Program-made: the position numbers and the translations under genes | The notes under the pieces: generated by a model | Told to the model about the DNA's origin: nothing | Database searches by the model: none | Seen by the model: only the letters and a program-made list of their open reading frames with translations | Shown here: piece after piece, positions 17,434-26,555 of the stretch | Numbering within the stretch: the stretch's first letter is position 1 | How the letters are laid out: each line of letters begins with the position of its first letter | Source of the DNA: a virus | Lineage: Duplodnaviria > Caudoviricetes | Strand: one strand, 5' to 3' | Length of the DNA stretch: 53,266 nucleotides | Virus record (IMG/VR): IMGVR_UViG_3300049928_000019 | Span: 1-53,266 of that record

Positions 17434-18375
17434 TTACTTAATTAAGGATATCCACTTTTCAAATTCTTCAATCCAATCAAACGTCATTTTCATTGGTGAA
17501 TAGTTGTCAGGAGTTTGACCTTCTTTAAATTGTAAGAACCATTGCTCGTCTGGTGCTGACGCATTTCGCTCTAAACCTGGTATTAACTCAATTGAACATT
17601 TTTTAGCTTTGGCTATTGTACCCTTTAAGCAACAGCAATCACCATTATATTGAGACCCGTTTATTTTTCCATCAATCATTGATTGTTTTAAAAATGGAAT
17701 TTCATGGACCGTTTTAAGCAATGTCGCCCAAATGGCATGTTTGAATCTGTCCAGATTGGCACCACTCAGATCGGCATCACTCAGATTGGCACGGATCAGA
17801 TTGGCATCACTCAGATTGGCACCACTCAGATTGGCACCACTCAGATCGGCATCACTCAGATTGGCACGGATCAGATTGGCACGGATCAGATTGGCATCAC
17901 TCAGATTGGCATCAATCAGATTGGCACCATTCAGATCGGCACCACTCAGATCGGCACCACTCAGATCGGCATCACTCAGATTGGCATCACTCAGATTGGC
18001 ACGGATCAGATTGGCACGGATCAGATTGGCATCACTCAGATTGGCATCAATCAGATTGGCACCATTCAGATCGGCACCACTCAGATTGGCACCACTCAGA
18101 TCGGCATCACTCAGATTGGCACGGATCAGATTGGCACGGATCAGATTGGCATCACTCAGATTGGCATCAATCAGATTGGCACCATTCAGATTGGCACCAC
18201 TCAGATTGGCACCACTCAGATCGGCATCACTCAGATTGGCATCACTCAGATTGGCACCACTCAGATCGGCATCACTCAGATTGGCACGGATCAGAGTTTC
18301 TTTGATAGTATTATTTTCACTTTCATGCGTGAACAATATTGAACCCCAAATTGATTTAATTTCTATTTTTATCAT
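17434..18375 (-). CDS. Pentapeptide-repeat protein
   Basis: Long A(N/D)L(S/I/N)(D/G/R) run encoded by 15-bp tandem repeats (~17750-18295), with unique N- and C-terminal domains. Confidence 0.93.
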   Translation of the reverse strand: MIKIEIKSIWGSILFTHESENNTIKETLIRANLSDADLSGANLSDANLSDADLSGANLSGANLNGANLIDANLSDANLIRANLIRANLSDADLSGANLSGADLNGANLIDANLSDANLIRANLIRANLSDANLSDADLSGADLSGADLNGANLIDANLSDANLIRANLIRANLSDADLSGANLSGANLSDANLIRANLSDADLSGANLDRFKHAIWATLLKTVHEIPFLKQSMIDGKINGSQYNGDCCCLKGTIAKAKKCSIELIPGLERNASAPDEQWFLQFKEGQTPDNYSPMKMTFDWIEEFEKWISLIK

Positions 18376-18439
18376 AATTGAAAAGTTGTTGAATATGAAT
18401 GGTTTTAATTTAATTATTTCTTAACGGTGGCAAATTTAA

Positions 18440-19549
18440 TTACCTCTTTACATTTGAAATTTCTTCCGTAATGCGAACGCCTGGAATATCCCTCGCTCCG
18501 GCAGCAATAGCAGCCTTTATCTTATCGGCATCAGGCGTGTGGTACTCTGCCGGAAGCAATGACATATCAATTCCCGCCAGATCAAACACCCATCTTTTCA
18601 TTACGTTTTTAGCGGCAGGCATTACGTTCGTCTTAAACTCTGCATGCATTTGACTGTTGGCAATATTAGAAGCTGCTTGATCTAATACGGCTTGCTGCTG
18701 ATCTGCTGCCCGGTCTTTGGCGTCCTGAGCAATTTTGTCTGCCTGTTCTTTTTGCTGTTTTGCGAGTTCTTCAGCCGCTTTTGCATTGGAAGCCTTCATA
18801 TGCTCCAGCTGAATAAGCTCTTCTTTACGGCTGGCAATTCGGGTCAGCAGGTCGGATTTAACCTGTGTCGCCTGATCAGAATATTCCATGTATACAGAAT
18901 GGCTTGGAATAAGGTCGGATATGCGAATGCCGAGCGTGTCAATGGTATTAATGTCACATTCCGATATTGCCCTTAATGTACTGGATTCAAAGTTGCTGAT
19001 AAGGTTTAAAATGCCGTTAACTCGTTCCTTCTCTTTGTTCGCTGCGGAAATTTCGGCGTCCTTATCACGTTGTATTTGAGCCTGTTTTTCTTTTGCTTTG
19101 CGGTCTTCTTCACGTTGAAAGGTTACAATTTCGGTATCCTTCGTTTTTATCAACTCAGATAGTTTTGCAAGGAGATGCTTCTGATCCTGCAATAGTTCAT
19201 CTTTGTAAACTGTCAACGCTTCGCCCATTTCTTTACGCTGCTCGTCGAACTTTTTAAGGTATTTAGACCCTTTTTTAAGAACAGAGTTTACATTTGCAAC
19301 ATCTTCCTGAGACGTCACAGGTTTTAACATGCCAATGGCGGACTCCAGTTCTGATAGTTCATTTAAAAGTGCAGGGGCAAATTCTTTTTTGAAGACAATA
19401 AGTTTACGGCCTGGCGGTACCATAACGGTAACAGGATTCGACGCTTCCTGCCGAAGCGTCGAATCCTTCGGCTGGGCAGCCACACGATCAACGCCGGACG
19501 GGTTCTTTTTTGGTTCCGGATCTGATTGTCCGAATGGGTTCTTTATCAT
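18440..19549 (-). CDS. Coiled-coil protein with Gp157-like C-terminus (recombination module)
   Basis: Long coiled coil ending LPAEYHTPDADKIKAAIAAGARDIPGVRI. Confidence 0.6.
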   Translation of the reverse strand: MIKNPFGQSDPEPKKNPSGVDRVAAQPKDSTLRQEASNPVTVMVPPGRKLIVFKKEFAPALLNELSELESAIGMLKPVTSQEDVANVNSVLKKGSKYLKKFDEQRKEMGEALTVYKDELLQDQKHLLAKLSELIKTKDTEIVTFQREEDRKAKEKQAQIQRDKDAEISAANKEKERVNGILNLISNFESSTLRAISECDINTIDTLGIRISDLIPSHSVYMEYSDQATQVKSDLLTRIASRKEELIQLEHMKASNAKAAEELAKQQKEQADKIAQDAKDRAADQQQAVLDQAASNIANSQMHAEFKTNVMPAAKNVMKRWVFDLAGIDMSLLPAEYHTPDADKIKAAIAAGARDIPGVRITEEISNVKR

Positions 19550-19654
19550 TTCTCTCTGGGGTTTTTGTTTGATAACAGGGCGCCGTCTGCATCCTGTTTA
19601 GAACTGTACACCGGCGTCGAAGCAGTATACAGTTGATAGTTAATTACAATGTAT

Positions 19655-20293
19655 TTAGAATGGTTTTTTCCCAGCCGGTACGCTTGCAACTGGAGCCGCT
19701 GCTGTGGTTGCAACGGTGGCGCCGCCAGATAGGGCCAGGTACTCGTCAGAAGTTTTTATTTTATCCTGAACGAATTTTTCCAAACGCTCAAACTCTGCCT
19801 GTTTAAATGGCGGATTGAAATTGAAAAGGAACGATTCTGTCTTCTGAACAGGAACCGGCACGCCATCAGGAATCGGCGACACGTTCAATATGTCGTTATA
19901 CTGTCCGCCTTTTTCGCTGTCTTTAATGGCTACATTGATCAAGCACTGGTGATCCAATAGCTTGACCAGATTAAACGCTTCCGCTTCCTGATTGGACATT
20001 TTGGAACCTCTCCATCCGTCAAGCAACTTTCTAAGATTCGCCTTTGCATTTAAACTGTTCAGGAAGTCCTTACCTACAATGAACGGCTTATCGTCATCAT
20101 CAGAATTGAGAGTATTGCTTAGTTCAAAATAAAGGCGAACCATCTTCTTACGGCTTACGTGCCCTTCATACTCCTGATCAATCGTTCCAATGATAGCAAC
20201 GCCCACACACACCCCCATGTGATTTCCTGCCGGTGCTGGTGTGAAGCTGCCGCCCAGCGTTGATTTTACTTCTTCATTATCGTACTTTCCCAT
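19655..20293 (-). CDS. Putative phage single-stranded DNA-binding protein
   Basis: FTPAPAGNH, SLNAKANLRKLLDGWRG, CLINV, YNDI; OB-fold-like with a flexible tail ending in PF. Confidence 0.65.
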   Translation of the reverse strand: MGKYDNEEVKSTLGGSFTPAPAGNHMGVCVGVAIIGTIDQEYEGHVSRKKMVRLYFELSNTLNSDDDDKPFIVGKDFLNSLNAKANLRKLLDGWRGSKMSNQEAEAFNLVKLLDHQCLINVAIKDSEKGGQYNDILNVSPIPDGVPVPVQKTESFLFNFNPPFKQAEFERLEKFVQDKIKTSDEYLALSGGATVATTAAAPVASVPAGKKPF

Positions 20294-20351
20294 ACGTTGT
20301 TTTTGTTTTAGGTTTGAAATTTGTTTATATGAATCGTTTATTAATTGAACT

Positions 20352-20393
20352 CAAAAGTATATCAATATTTTTTGATATCAAAATAAATTGATA
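20352..20393 (-). promoter_or_regulatory. Early promoter-operator, copy 2
   Basis: TTTG-N19-TACTTTTG plus tandem TATCAA-N6-TTGATA. Confidence 0.85.
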
Positions 20394-20415
20394 ATTATTA
20401 TCCACCGGCTGCGGG

Positions 20416-20682
20416 CTACTGCCCGAATGTTTTTGATGAATCTAAAAACAACTTTGCTTTATCAACCATCGATCTGGTAATATAGCTTTCTTTGCCGGTC
20501 ATGAATCTGGACAGCGTAGCGGAGCCGACGCTCATTTTTTCTGCTATATGATCCTGTTTCAAACAGGTATCTTTTAAAAGTTTTATGACTTTATTAGCCT
20601 CTGTCTTCAGAGCTGCGCGCTCTTTTTCCTGAACGGTAACGCCTTTTTTTGTTGGTAATACCTTTGTTTTTATGCTTGCCAT
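20416..20682 (-). CDS. Cro/XRE-type helix-turn-helix regulator
   Basis: LKQDHIAEKMSVGSATLSRFMTG HTH; flanked by two copies of the operator. Confidence 0.82.
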   Translation of the reverse strand: MASIKTKVLPTKKGVTVQEKERAALKTEANKVIKLLKDTCLKQDHIAEKMSVGSATLSRFMTGKESYITRSMVDKAKLFLDSSKTFGQ

Positions 20683-20703
20683 ATTCTTTTCATTTATTTA
20701 AAT

Positions 20704-20745
20704 CAAAGGTATATCAAATATAATTGATATCAAAATAAATTGATA
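20704..20745 (-). promoter_or_regulatory. Early promoter-operator, copy 3 (upstream of the HTH gene)
   Basis: TTTG-N19-TACCTTTG plus tandem TATCAA-N6-TTGATA. Confidence 0.85.
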
Positions 20746-20775
20746 AAAAAAATCAAGTAGCACCAATCGCCAATC

Positions 20776-20813
20776 AAAAAAAAGTCCCGTAAGCCTTTCA
20801 GCATTTACGGGAC
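20776..20813 (-). terminator. Intrinsic terminator ending the late/lysis transcript
   Basis: GTCCCGTAA...TTACGGGAC stem followed by T8 on the minus strand. Confidence 0.88.
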
Positions 20814-20922
20814 CCGATTCATTCAAAAACCCAGAGGAGACTTAAATATAGGAAAATTAGTCGAATCAACAAGCGCCCAATACTATGATTGTGGATATGT
20901 TTATAAACCTGTGGGTTTCGAT

Positions 20923-21537
20923 TTATTTCAAGGCAATAATGGTCAAAACAAACACGACGACGGTGATCCCTGCTATTAAGGGTATTTTCCTGTTCAGCTT
21001 TTCGGAGCGCTTCAGCTTCTTTTGATCCTGTTCATTCAGCGCCTGTAGATCGGATATGGTCTGTTCGCTGGATTTATTCAGCGCTTGAACCGATTCATAT
21101 TGTGCAGTACGCAGCGTTATAATTGAATCTTTGGTAAACAGATCCGATTGCATGACCTGTACCATTGAGTCACATATATCCCCAGACTCAATAAGAGCGT
21201 TATAGTCGATAATCGATAGATTACTGATAGTTTGCCCTATTGAATCAATTTTAACAACCCTAAGCGTCTGAATCGTGGCCCGCAAAGCGTTGTATTTAAT
21301 TGTCAGGTCGGCGATATGGTTTTTATATGCCGAATCATGCTTTTGCTTTATCATGACCAGTGAATCATATCTGGCAACAAAAGCATCTGTATGAATGCGA
21401 TGGAGGCGTAACTGGCTGACAGATTCTATTTCTTTTTCTGGCGCAGGGTTTTTGCCGCACGATTTTGCAAAAATACAAAGAGCTGCCAGTGCTATTGCCA
21501 CGCCAAACAGGATATCGAATAAGTTTCTTGCTGTCAT
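20923..21537 (-). CDS. Putative spanin (possibly unimolecular)
   Basis: Follows the endolysin; N-terminal hydrophobic segment with AKSC, coiled coil, C-terminal TM helix; ATG at 21537. Confidence 0.6.
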   Translation of the reverse strand: MTARNLFDILFGVAIALAALCIFAKSCGKNPAPEKEIESVSQLRLHRIHTDAFVARYDSLVMIKQKHDSAYKNHIADLTIKYNALRATIQTLRVVKIDSIGQTISNLSIIDYNALIESGDICDSMVQVMQSDLFTKDSIITLRTAQYESVQALNKSSEQTISDLQALNEQDQKKLKRSEKLNRKIPLIAGITVVVFVLTIIALK

Positions 21538-21575
21538 TTTTAATTTGTGCGCCGGCAGACGGATTGCCAACGGCT

Positions 21576-22079
21576 TTAAATGGTTGGAATTTCTTTTTTA
21601 ATCATTGCAATGATCTGTTTCAGCGTCTTTGCATAATTCGGATCAGTTGCATATCCTGCCTTTGCCACTGCATCAGCGAATGCGTTTGGATCACTTTTCA
21701 CTTTCCTGGCATCGGCATACCGTTTGTTTTCAACAAAGAACCGATTATGGTCGGCGAAACACTCTACAGGCGTATCGTACTTGCGGAACCAGTCTTTCAC
21801 CTTGTACTTAAATTTACCTCCATCAACCGGCGCAATACTGATCATGACCGGGAAGTGAAGCGTATTTACTTTTGAGTATTCAGTGGTTGTAATCAGTTGG
21901 CATTTTTCTTCCGGCCAACCTCCCCGCTTAATGCCGAAAAAGTTATTACCTATTGCCTTCTCTCCCCAGCCAGACTCATAGGCAGCTTGCGCCAGCGTAA
22001 ACAGCGCAGACACACCGTCAACCTCCTGGGCAGAGAAAGCAAACTGATAGTAATGTTTAACGAAATCCTTCGGTACCAT
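21576..22079 (-). CDS. Endolysin, GH73 glucosaminidase/FlgJ-like
   Basis: LAQAAYESGWG, NNFFGIK, FRKYDT, GYATDPNYA. Confidence 0.93.
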   Translation of the reverse strand: MVPKDFVKHYYQFAFSAQEVDGVSALFTLAQAAYESGWGEKAIGNNFFGIKRGGWPEEKCQLITTTEYSKVNTLHFPVMISIAPVDGGKFKYKVKDWFRKYDTPVECFADHNRFFVENKRYADARKVKSDPNAFADAVAKAGYATDPNYAKTLKQIIAMIKKEIPTI

Positions 22080-22600
22080 CAGAATGATTTTGCCTTAAAT
22101 ACAATTTTTGTCCCTGCCGGTAGACCATATAATGCCAGTACCGCAGGCGATAGGATGAATGTACTTACCAATGAATCTTTTGTAAGCCTGTCCAGCGAGG
22201 CTCTGACGTCGCCAAGTGTGCCGGACGATAATAGCAGGGTGTCTTTATTTGAATACGTGCTATCCGCTTTAAAATGCTTAATGCTCCATGTTCCAGAATC
22301 GGCAATTCCGGGCGCTGATGGATCGCACTTTGTTGAGCCTTCCGGCTCAGTGAATACGCCTCCCGGCTGTAGTGTAAATTCGTTGTCGTTTATGCAGTCG
22401 GGGAATGCGGATAAACCGCCAATGAAATAGGAGCCTTTGAAATACTTCTGTGAGGCGTGACCGTGTTCATACTTATATATTAAATCCTGTTCGGTAGTCG
22501 GCTTTACGGCAGGGTATGGATTGTCGCCGTCTTTACAGGAAGAAAAAACGATTGAAATTGAAACGAGCAATAAAATAAGCGATGTGTGTAATTTTTTCAT
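22079..22600 (-). CDS. Lipoprotein with lipocalin-like domain
   Basis: Signal ending FSSC-KDGD; CxxDN...EGSTKC...SGTWS motif resembling Bacteroidota lipocalin-like lipoproteins. Confidence 0.7.
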   Translation of the reverse strand: MKKLHTSLILLLVSISIVFSSCKDGDNPYPAVKPTTEQDLIYKYEHGHASQKYFKGSYFIGGLSAFPDCINDNEFTLQPGGVFTEPEGSTKCDPSAPGIADSGTWSIKHFKADSTYSNKDTLLLSSGTLGDVRASLDRLTKDSLVSTFILSPAVLALYGLPAGTKIVFKAKSF

Positions 22601-23082
22601 AGTCCTAATATTTTTTGGATGACATTTTTATTTAACTGTTTTTTAGATTTTAAAATATCAATACGAATTTCCTGAATAATGTTATTTACCCGGCTCTCGA
22701 TTTTCTTTATCTGGTCTTTACGTTCTGGATTATGCTCATTTGCGAACTCGATTTCCTCATTTGCCATGCACTGGACGAGCTGGATAACATTCAGAACCTT
22801 GTCGAGTTTGGTTTCTGCATCTCTTATGTATGCGTCTATATCCAAAGCTTCGCGCTTATTCTTCAAATGCATACGGACCATTATAAGTCCTGCGAATCCA
22901 ACGTAAATAACAAACCTGATCCAATCCCTTGTATCCTCGCTGGTGGTGGATGCCTGCGTAATGATTGCATCGGCGGCAAGTCCGGTGAGTATTTCTCCGC
23001 CATAAATATACAATGGTGCAAGTATGGTAGTAATGGTAGTTACCCCCGTCTTAGCCTGCTCGTACATGCTTTCTATTGACAT
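22597..23082 (-). CDS. Membrane protein, putative holin/antiholin
   Basis: Hydrophobic segments plus a charged C-terminal region; upstream of the endolysin. Confidence 0.5.
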   Translation of the reverse strand: MSIESMYEQAKTGVTTITTILAPLYIYGGEILTGLAADAIITQASTTSEDTRDWIRFVIYVGFAGLIMVRMHLKNKREALDIDAYIRDAETKLDKVLNVIQLVQCMANEEIEFANEHNPERKDQIKKIESRVNNIIQEIRIDILKSKKQLNKNVIQKILGL

Positions 23083-23411
23083 TATTTATCCTCTTTTTTA
23101 TTTTCACCGCCCCTGATTATTGAAATCAGTTTGGTTATTGCATTCACCACGAACTCGACAGATGTAAGGCCTAGTAAAATCAATAATGTAATTAAAAGAC
23201 TCCACGTAACGTCCATATATATATCCAATACCTTAATATCTATGGCTGTTGGTTGTGATTGGTGAACCGCTACATATACGGCATGTACATATACACCAAC
23301 GGATGACGAAAGTAATACCAGTGCAAACCATGCCGCCGTGGCACGCTTTGCACTTCCTTCATTGTTCACGTCCTGAAACGTTCCTATGAGTGTTTGCCTG
23401 AAAGTTTTCAT
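23082..23411 (-). CDS. Putative holin
   Basis: Two TM helices, SAKR motif, charged C-terminus; located in the lysis region. Confidence 0.6.
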   Translation of the reverse strand: MKTFRQTLIGTFQDVNNEGSAKRATAAWFALVLLSSSVGVYVHAVYVAVHQSQPTAIDIKVLDIYMDVTWSLLITLLILLGLTSVEFVVNAITKLISIIRGGENKKEDK

Positions 23412-23413
23412 GT

Positions 23414-24286
23414 TTATCTGTTATAAAGTAAATTTGCAAGGTCATTACCTAAATTAACCTGATCGGCAGAGTTAAGATGTAACCATGTTGGGTGATACAT
23501 GTCAGTAGAAACAAGGTCATATCCGTATGTAGCGCACAGTGTACTGTCGGCTGCACGTATAACTGATGAATAAGTCCTTCCGTTATTATGCTCCCTAACA
23601 ATTACAATATTAATTCCCGGATAATCCAGTTTTACTTTATTGCATAGATCAATAAGGTTTGAATAATAAAGTGAGCTGGCCTTATATTCCAACATATCTT
23701 CAGGCCCCTGATACCATATAAAGTTTTTGTACTTAATAACCTTTCCTTCTCCCGTTAAAATAGTAGCTGCCTTTTTTACATAGTTCGTTGTGAGTGTAAA
23801 ATAATATTCATGGTACGAATTAACATTCCAGTCCTGAATACCAGATGAATCTTTCAAGTAGGTGCCATAAGGACCATACTTAACAAGTACCCTTTCCTTG
23901 CCGTTCAGCAACTTCATATTGTAGGTGTATGATAACTCTAAACCATGCTTACCGGTTGGTGCGCATGTATTGCGATTATACATAAGCTCTTCAATCTTAT
24001 GGGATGAAGGGTAATATATCCAACACCCTTTCAATGTGTCTTTCAAATAAGCAGGAAGGTCTGTAATAAGCCCATATCCACCGGCATTTGATTGGCCGCC
24101 CAATATGTCAACCTCTACCGTATCGGATGCTGCGAATCTATATCCGGTTACAAACCCATTTATTTCAGATCCATTATTTAATAGAACCGCTTTAGGTTCT
24201 TGAGGGATAGGTATTGTTTCATATTTTTCTTTACACGAATAAAATATTCCGATAATTGTAGCGAATAATAAGATGTGCTTTTTCAT
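23414..24286 (-). CDS. Lipoprotein sialate O-acetylesterase (SASA/SGNH family)
   Basis: Signal ending FYSC; GGQSNAGG, WYQGPED and C-terminal His motif (WLHL). Confidence 0.82.
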   Translation of the reverse strand: MKKHILLFATIIGIFYSCKEKYETIPIPQEPKAVLLNNGSEINGFVTGYRFAASDTVEVDILGGQSNAGGYGLITDLPAYLKDTLKGCWIYYPSSHKIEELMYNRNTCAPTGKHGLELSYTYNMKLLNGKERVLVKYGPYGTYLKDSSGIQDWNVNSYHEYYFTLTTNYVKKAATILTGEGKVIKYKNFIWYQGPEDMLEYKASSLYYSNLIDLCNKVKLDYPGINIVIVREHNNGRTYSSVIRAADSTLCATYGYDLVSTDMYHPTWLHLNSADQVNLGNDLANLLYNR

Positions 24287-24296
24287 GTTTTTTTAT

Positions 24297-26501
24297 TTAG
24301 TTTGGCTCAACAATAAACCATGCAACAATAGAAGTATCTAATGCGCTGGTACTAGTAATAGTAAAGGAAGTGCCAGCTGTTCGGGCAGATATATAAACAG
24401 TTCCCAATGTTCCAGCGGCCGACTGTATAGTAACGAATATTTCTGATGATGCCGTTACTTTAGTCGTACTAACAACTACAGTTCCGGCCACAAGTGTACT
24501 CCTTCCAAGCGTTGCATTGGTGCCTTCTTTTACATACAATCCATTTCCAGCAGTAGATAATTTTAAGTCGTTAGTAAGGGTTGTGGATGCCTCTGAAATT
24601 GTAAGTCTTGCAACCTCGCTTTGAACTGTTGTGCCGCTTGTTGTTGCTGTGGGACAGTTGAATATGTGGTTTGCATTGCCTGTTGATGCATTGCCTGTCC
24701 CCTGCTGAGCATTATAATTTATTGCCTGACCTCCTGTATTGGTTCCGGTTCTTGGCGACCGGTTGATGGTTTGAAAATAACAATCGCCAAACTCGCCGGT
24801 TGGTGTACCAATATTAACGCCACCAGATGTTCCGGGGATTAAAGTTTTACCCATGGTAAGCCCGTTGAATGCAAGCTTCAGAACGTTAACGCCTGTACCG
24901 GCATTATCAACGGAGAAGTTTACGGTTTGAGATGCGAACCACATACCGGTAGTAGGTTGTACTGAATAGGCAATAGATGGAGCACTTAATGAACCAGCTG
25001 GAAACTGATTCACCTGTGTAAATGTTTGAGCCGTCCCAAGCCCTGCCAGTGTTTCATTGGCAGTATTTGGAAGCGTCCATGTAGTTGATCGTGGAATTGC
25101 AAACGTTGGATTAAATGCCCCTGTCGTTGCAAAGTTGCCGGACAAAGAAAGGTTTGAAGCTCCTATGGTTCCTGCTACTGTTACGTTCTGTGAGGCATCT
25201 TGTAATAAACCAAGCGTAAGCACGCCTGATGAATTGGCCGTATAAAGCCCCAATGTAGTGGGAATAATGCCGGTTGAAATTATACCAGTGCTTGTTGTTC
25301 TGATCGCTCCGCAATTCAACAAACTATTTCCATCATACGCCCATGTATTGAAGTTGGATAGTATATCAGCGCTTACAATAGTCGTAGGGCTGGCAACGGT
25401 GCCGCGGTATTTAGCGGCGTTAACCTGCGAGCTGTTTGTGCCGGTTGAATACTGATAGAATACAGGCCCCCTTAATGTTGTTGTTGCCGTCTCAATAGTA
25501 TTGAATTTAGTCGTCGGTGTTGAAGCATCACCAATACGAACGTTTCCGGTAGAGTAATAAATATCTGATCCAGTGGTAACCCATTGAGAAGAAACCTTTG
25601 CATTCCACGCTGCGGCGGATGCAATATAGGCATCCTGAACAGCAGATCCCTGCCATGTACCAGTACCAATTGTTCCAAGTGTGGTAATAGAAGTCTGTCC
25701 GATGTACGCAGCCGATATGTCTATTGCCGGCGTTGCTCCTCCTGATGAAGTGATCCTATTTGTGGTTCCGGTAACACTTGTAACCGGCGTAGGCAATGCT
25801 GTTATATTACCATTCAGCTTTTGAATAGCCTGTAAAATATTATCAGATGAAGAAATTGTACCAGCCCCTGATGTGTACCCGGTCAAAGTAGATCCTACTG
25901 TCCGGTCATTGGTGAAGTACAGATTTCCCGATTCAGTTACCTGTGCCGTTGTGTAGTCGCCTGATGTTGCTACTACTGCTCCTGTTCTTCCGAACGCAGA
26001 AGTTACCCCCGCAGATATTGTAGACCACGTGCCGTCACCTCTCAGGTATGTCGTTGATGATGGCGTACCTATTGCTGATAAATCTGTTATTCCAATAGAT
26101 GAGGTTAATATTAGTTTAGTATAGTCGATAGAACCGGCCAGCATACTATTGGTTACTTTACCAGATCCTATGGTTGTTGTAAAGCTTCCTGCCCCAGTGC
26201 CTGTAACATCACCCGTAAGCGTTACGGCCGCTTGTGTTGCCATCGCTCCCAACCCAAGGTTCACGCGTGCAGTGGATGCGCTGGCCAGATCAGAAAGGTT
26301 TAACGACTTCTGTAAAAATGGAAATTCAGATATTGCAATCTTATGCCACTTGTGATCTGTATTATCGTAATAAGCAACGGAATCAACGCTTGAAGGCGTA
26401 TCATGATTCATTACAGGCCAGTATGGGAGTGATCCTACATTTTGTGCCACAGAGGCGAATGACAATAGTAGTAATGCTATTAATAATTTAAGTCTTTTCA
26501 T
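24297..26501 (-). CDS. Thr/Ser/Gly-rich fibre-like protein with an N-terminal signal peptide
   Basis: MKRLKLLIALLLLSFASVA-Q signal; fibre shaft motifs NLSDLASASTARVNLGLG, LTGDVTGTG, TYLRGDGTW, VTSAFGRTGAVV, ITTLGTIGTGTWQG. Confidence 0.75.
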   Translation of the reverse strand: MKRLKLLIALLLLSFASVAQNVGSLPYWPVMNHDTPSSVDSVAYYDNTDHKWHKIAISEFPFLQKSLNLSDLASASTARVNLGLGAMATQAAVTLTGDVTGTGAGSFTTTIGSGKVTNSMLAGSIDYTKLILTSSIGITDLSAIGTPSSTTYLRGDGTWSTISAGVTSAFGRTGAVVATSGDYTTAQVTESGNLYFTNDRTVGSTLTGYTSGAGTISSSDNILQAIQKLNGNITALPTPVTSVTGTTNRITSSGGATPAIDISAAYIGQTSITTLGTIGTGTWQGSAVQDAYIASAAAWNAKVSSQWVTTGSDIYYSTGNVRIGDASTPTTKFNTIETATTTLRGPVFYQYSTGTNSSQVNAAKYRGTVASPTTIVSADILSNFNTWAYDGNSLLNCGAIRTTSTGIISTGIIPTTLGLYTANSSGVLTLGLLQDASQNVTVAGTIGASNLSLSGNFATTGAFNPTFAIPRSTTWTLPNTANETLAGLGTAQTFTQVNQFPAGSLSAPSIAYSVQPTTGMWFASQTVNFSVDNAGTGVNVLKLAFNGLTMGKTLIPGTSGGVNIGTPTGEFGDCYFQTINRSPRTGTNTGGQAINYNAQQGTGNASTGNANHIFNCPTATTSGTTVQSEVARLTISEASTTLTNDLKLSTAGNGLYVKEGTNATLGRSTLVAGTVVVSTTKVTASSEIFVTIQSAAGTLGTVYISARTAGTSFTITSTSALDTSIVAWFIVEPN

Positions 26502-26555
26502 AATTATAATGACCGGTAGTTATCCAGTAAATTATAGGTGAATGTTATTTTAAAT

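Noticed and set aside
17750-18295. CRISPR array
   Set aside because: The repeats are contiguous, coding and lack unique spacers; no cas genes.
17704-18424. Plus-strand ORFs (QIGTT)n and (RLASL)n
   Set aside because: Antisense shadows of the 15-bp pentapeptide repeat.
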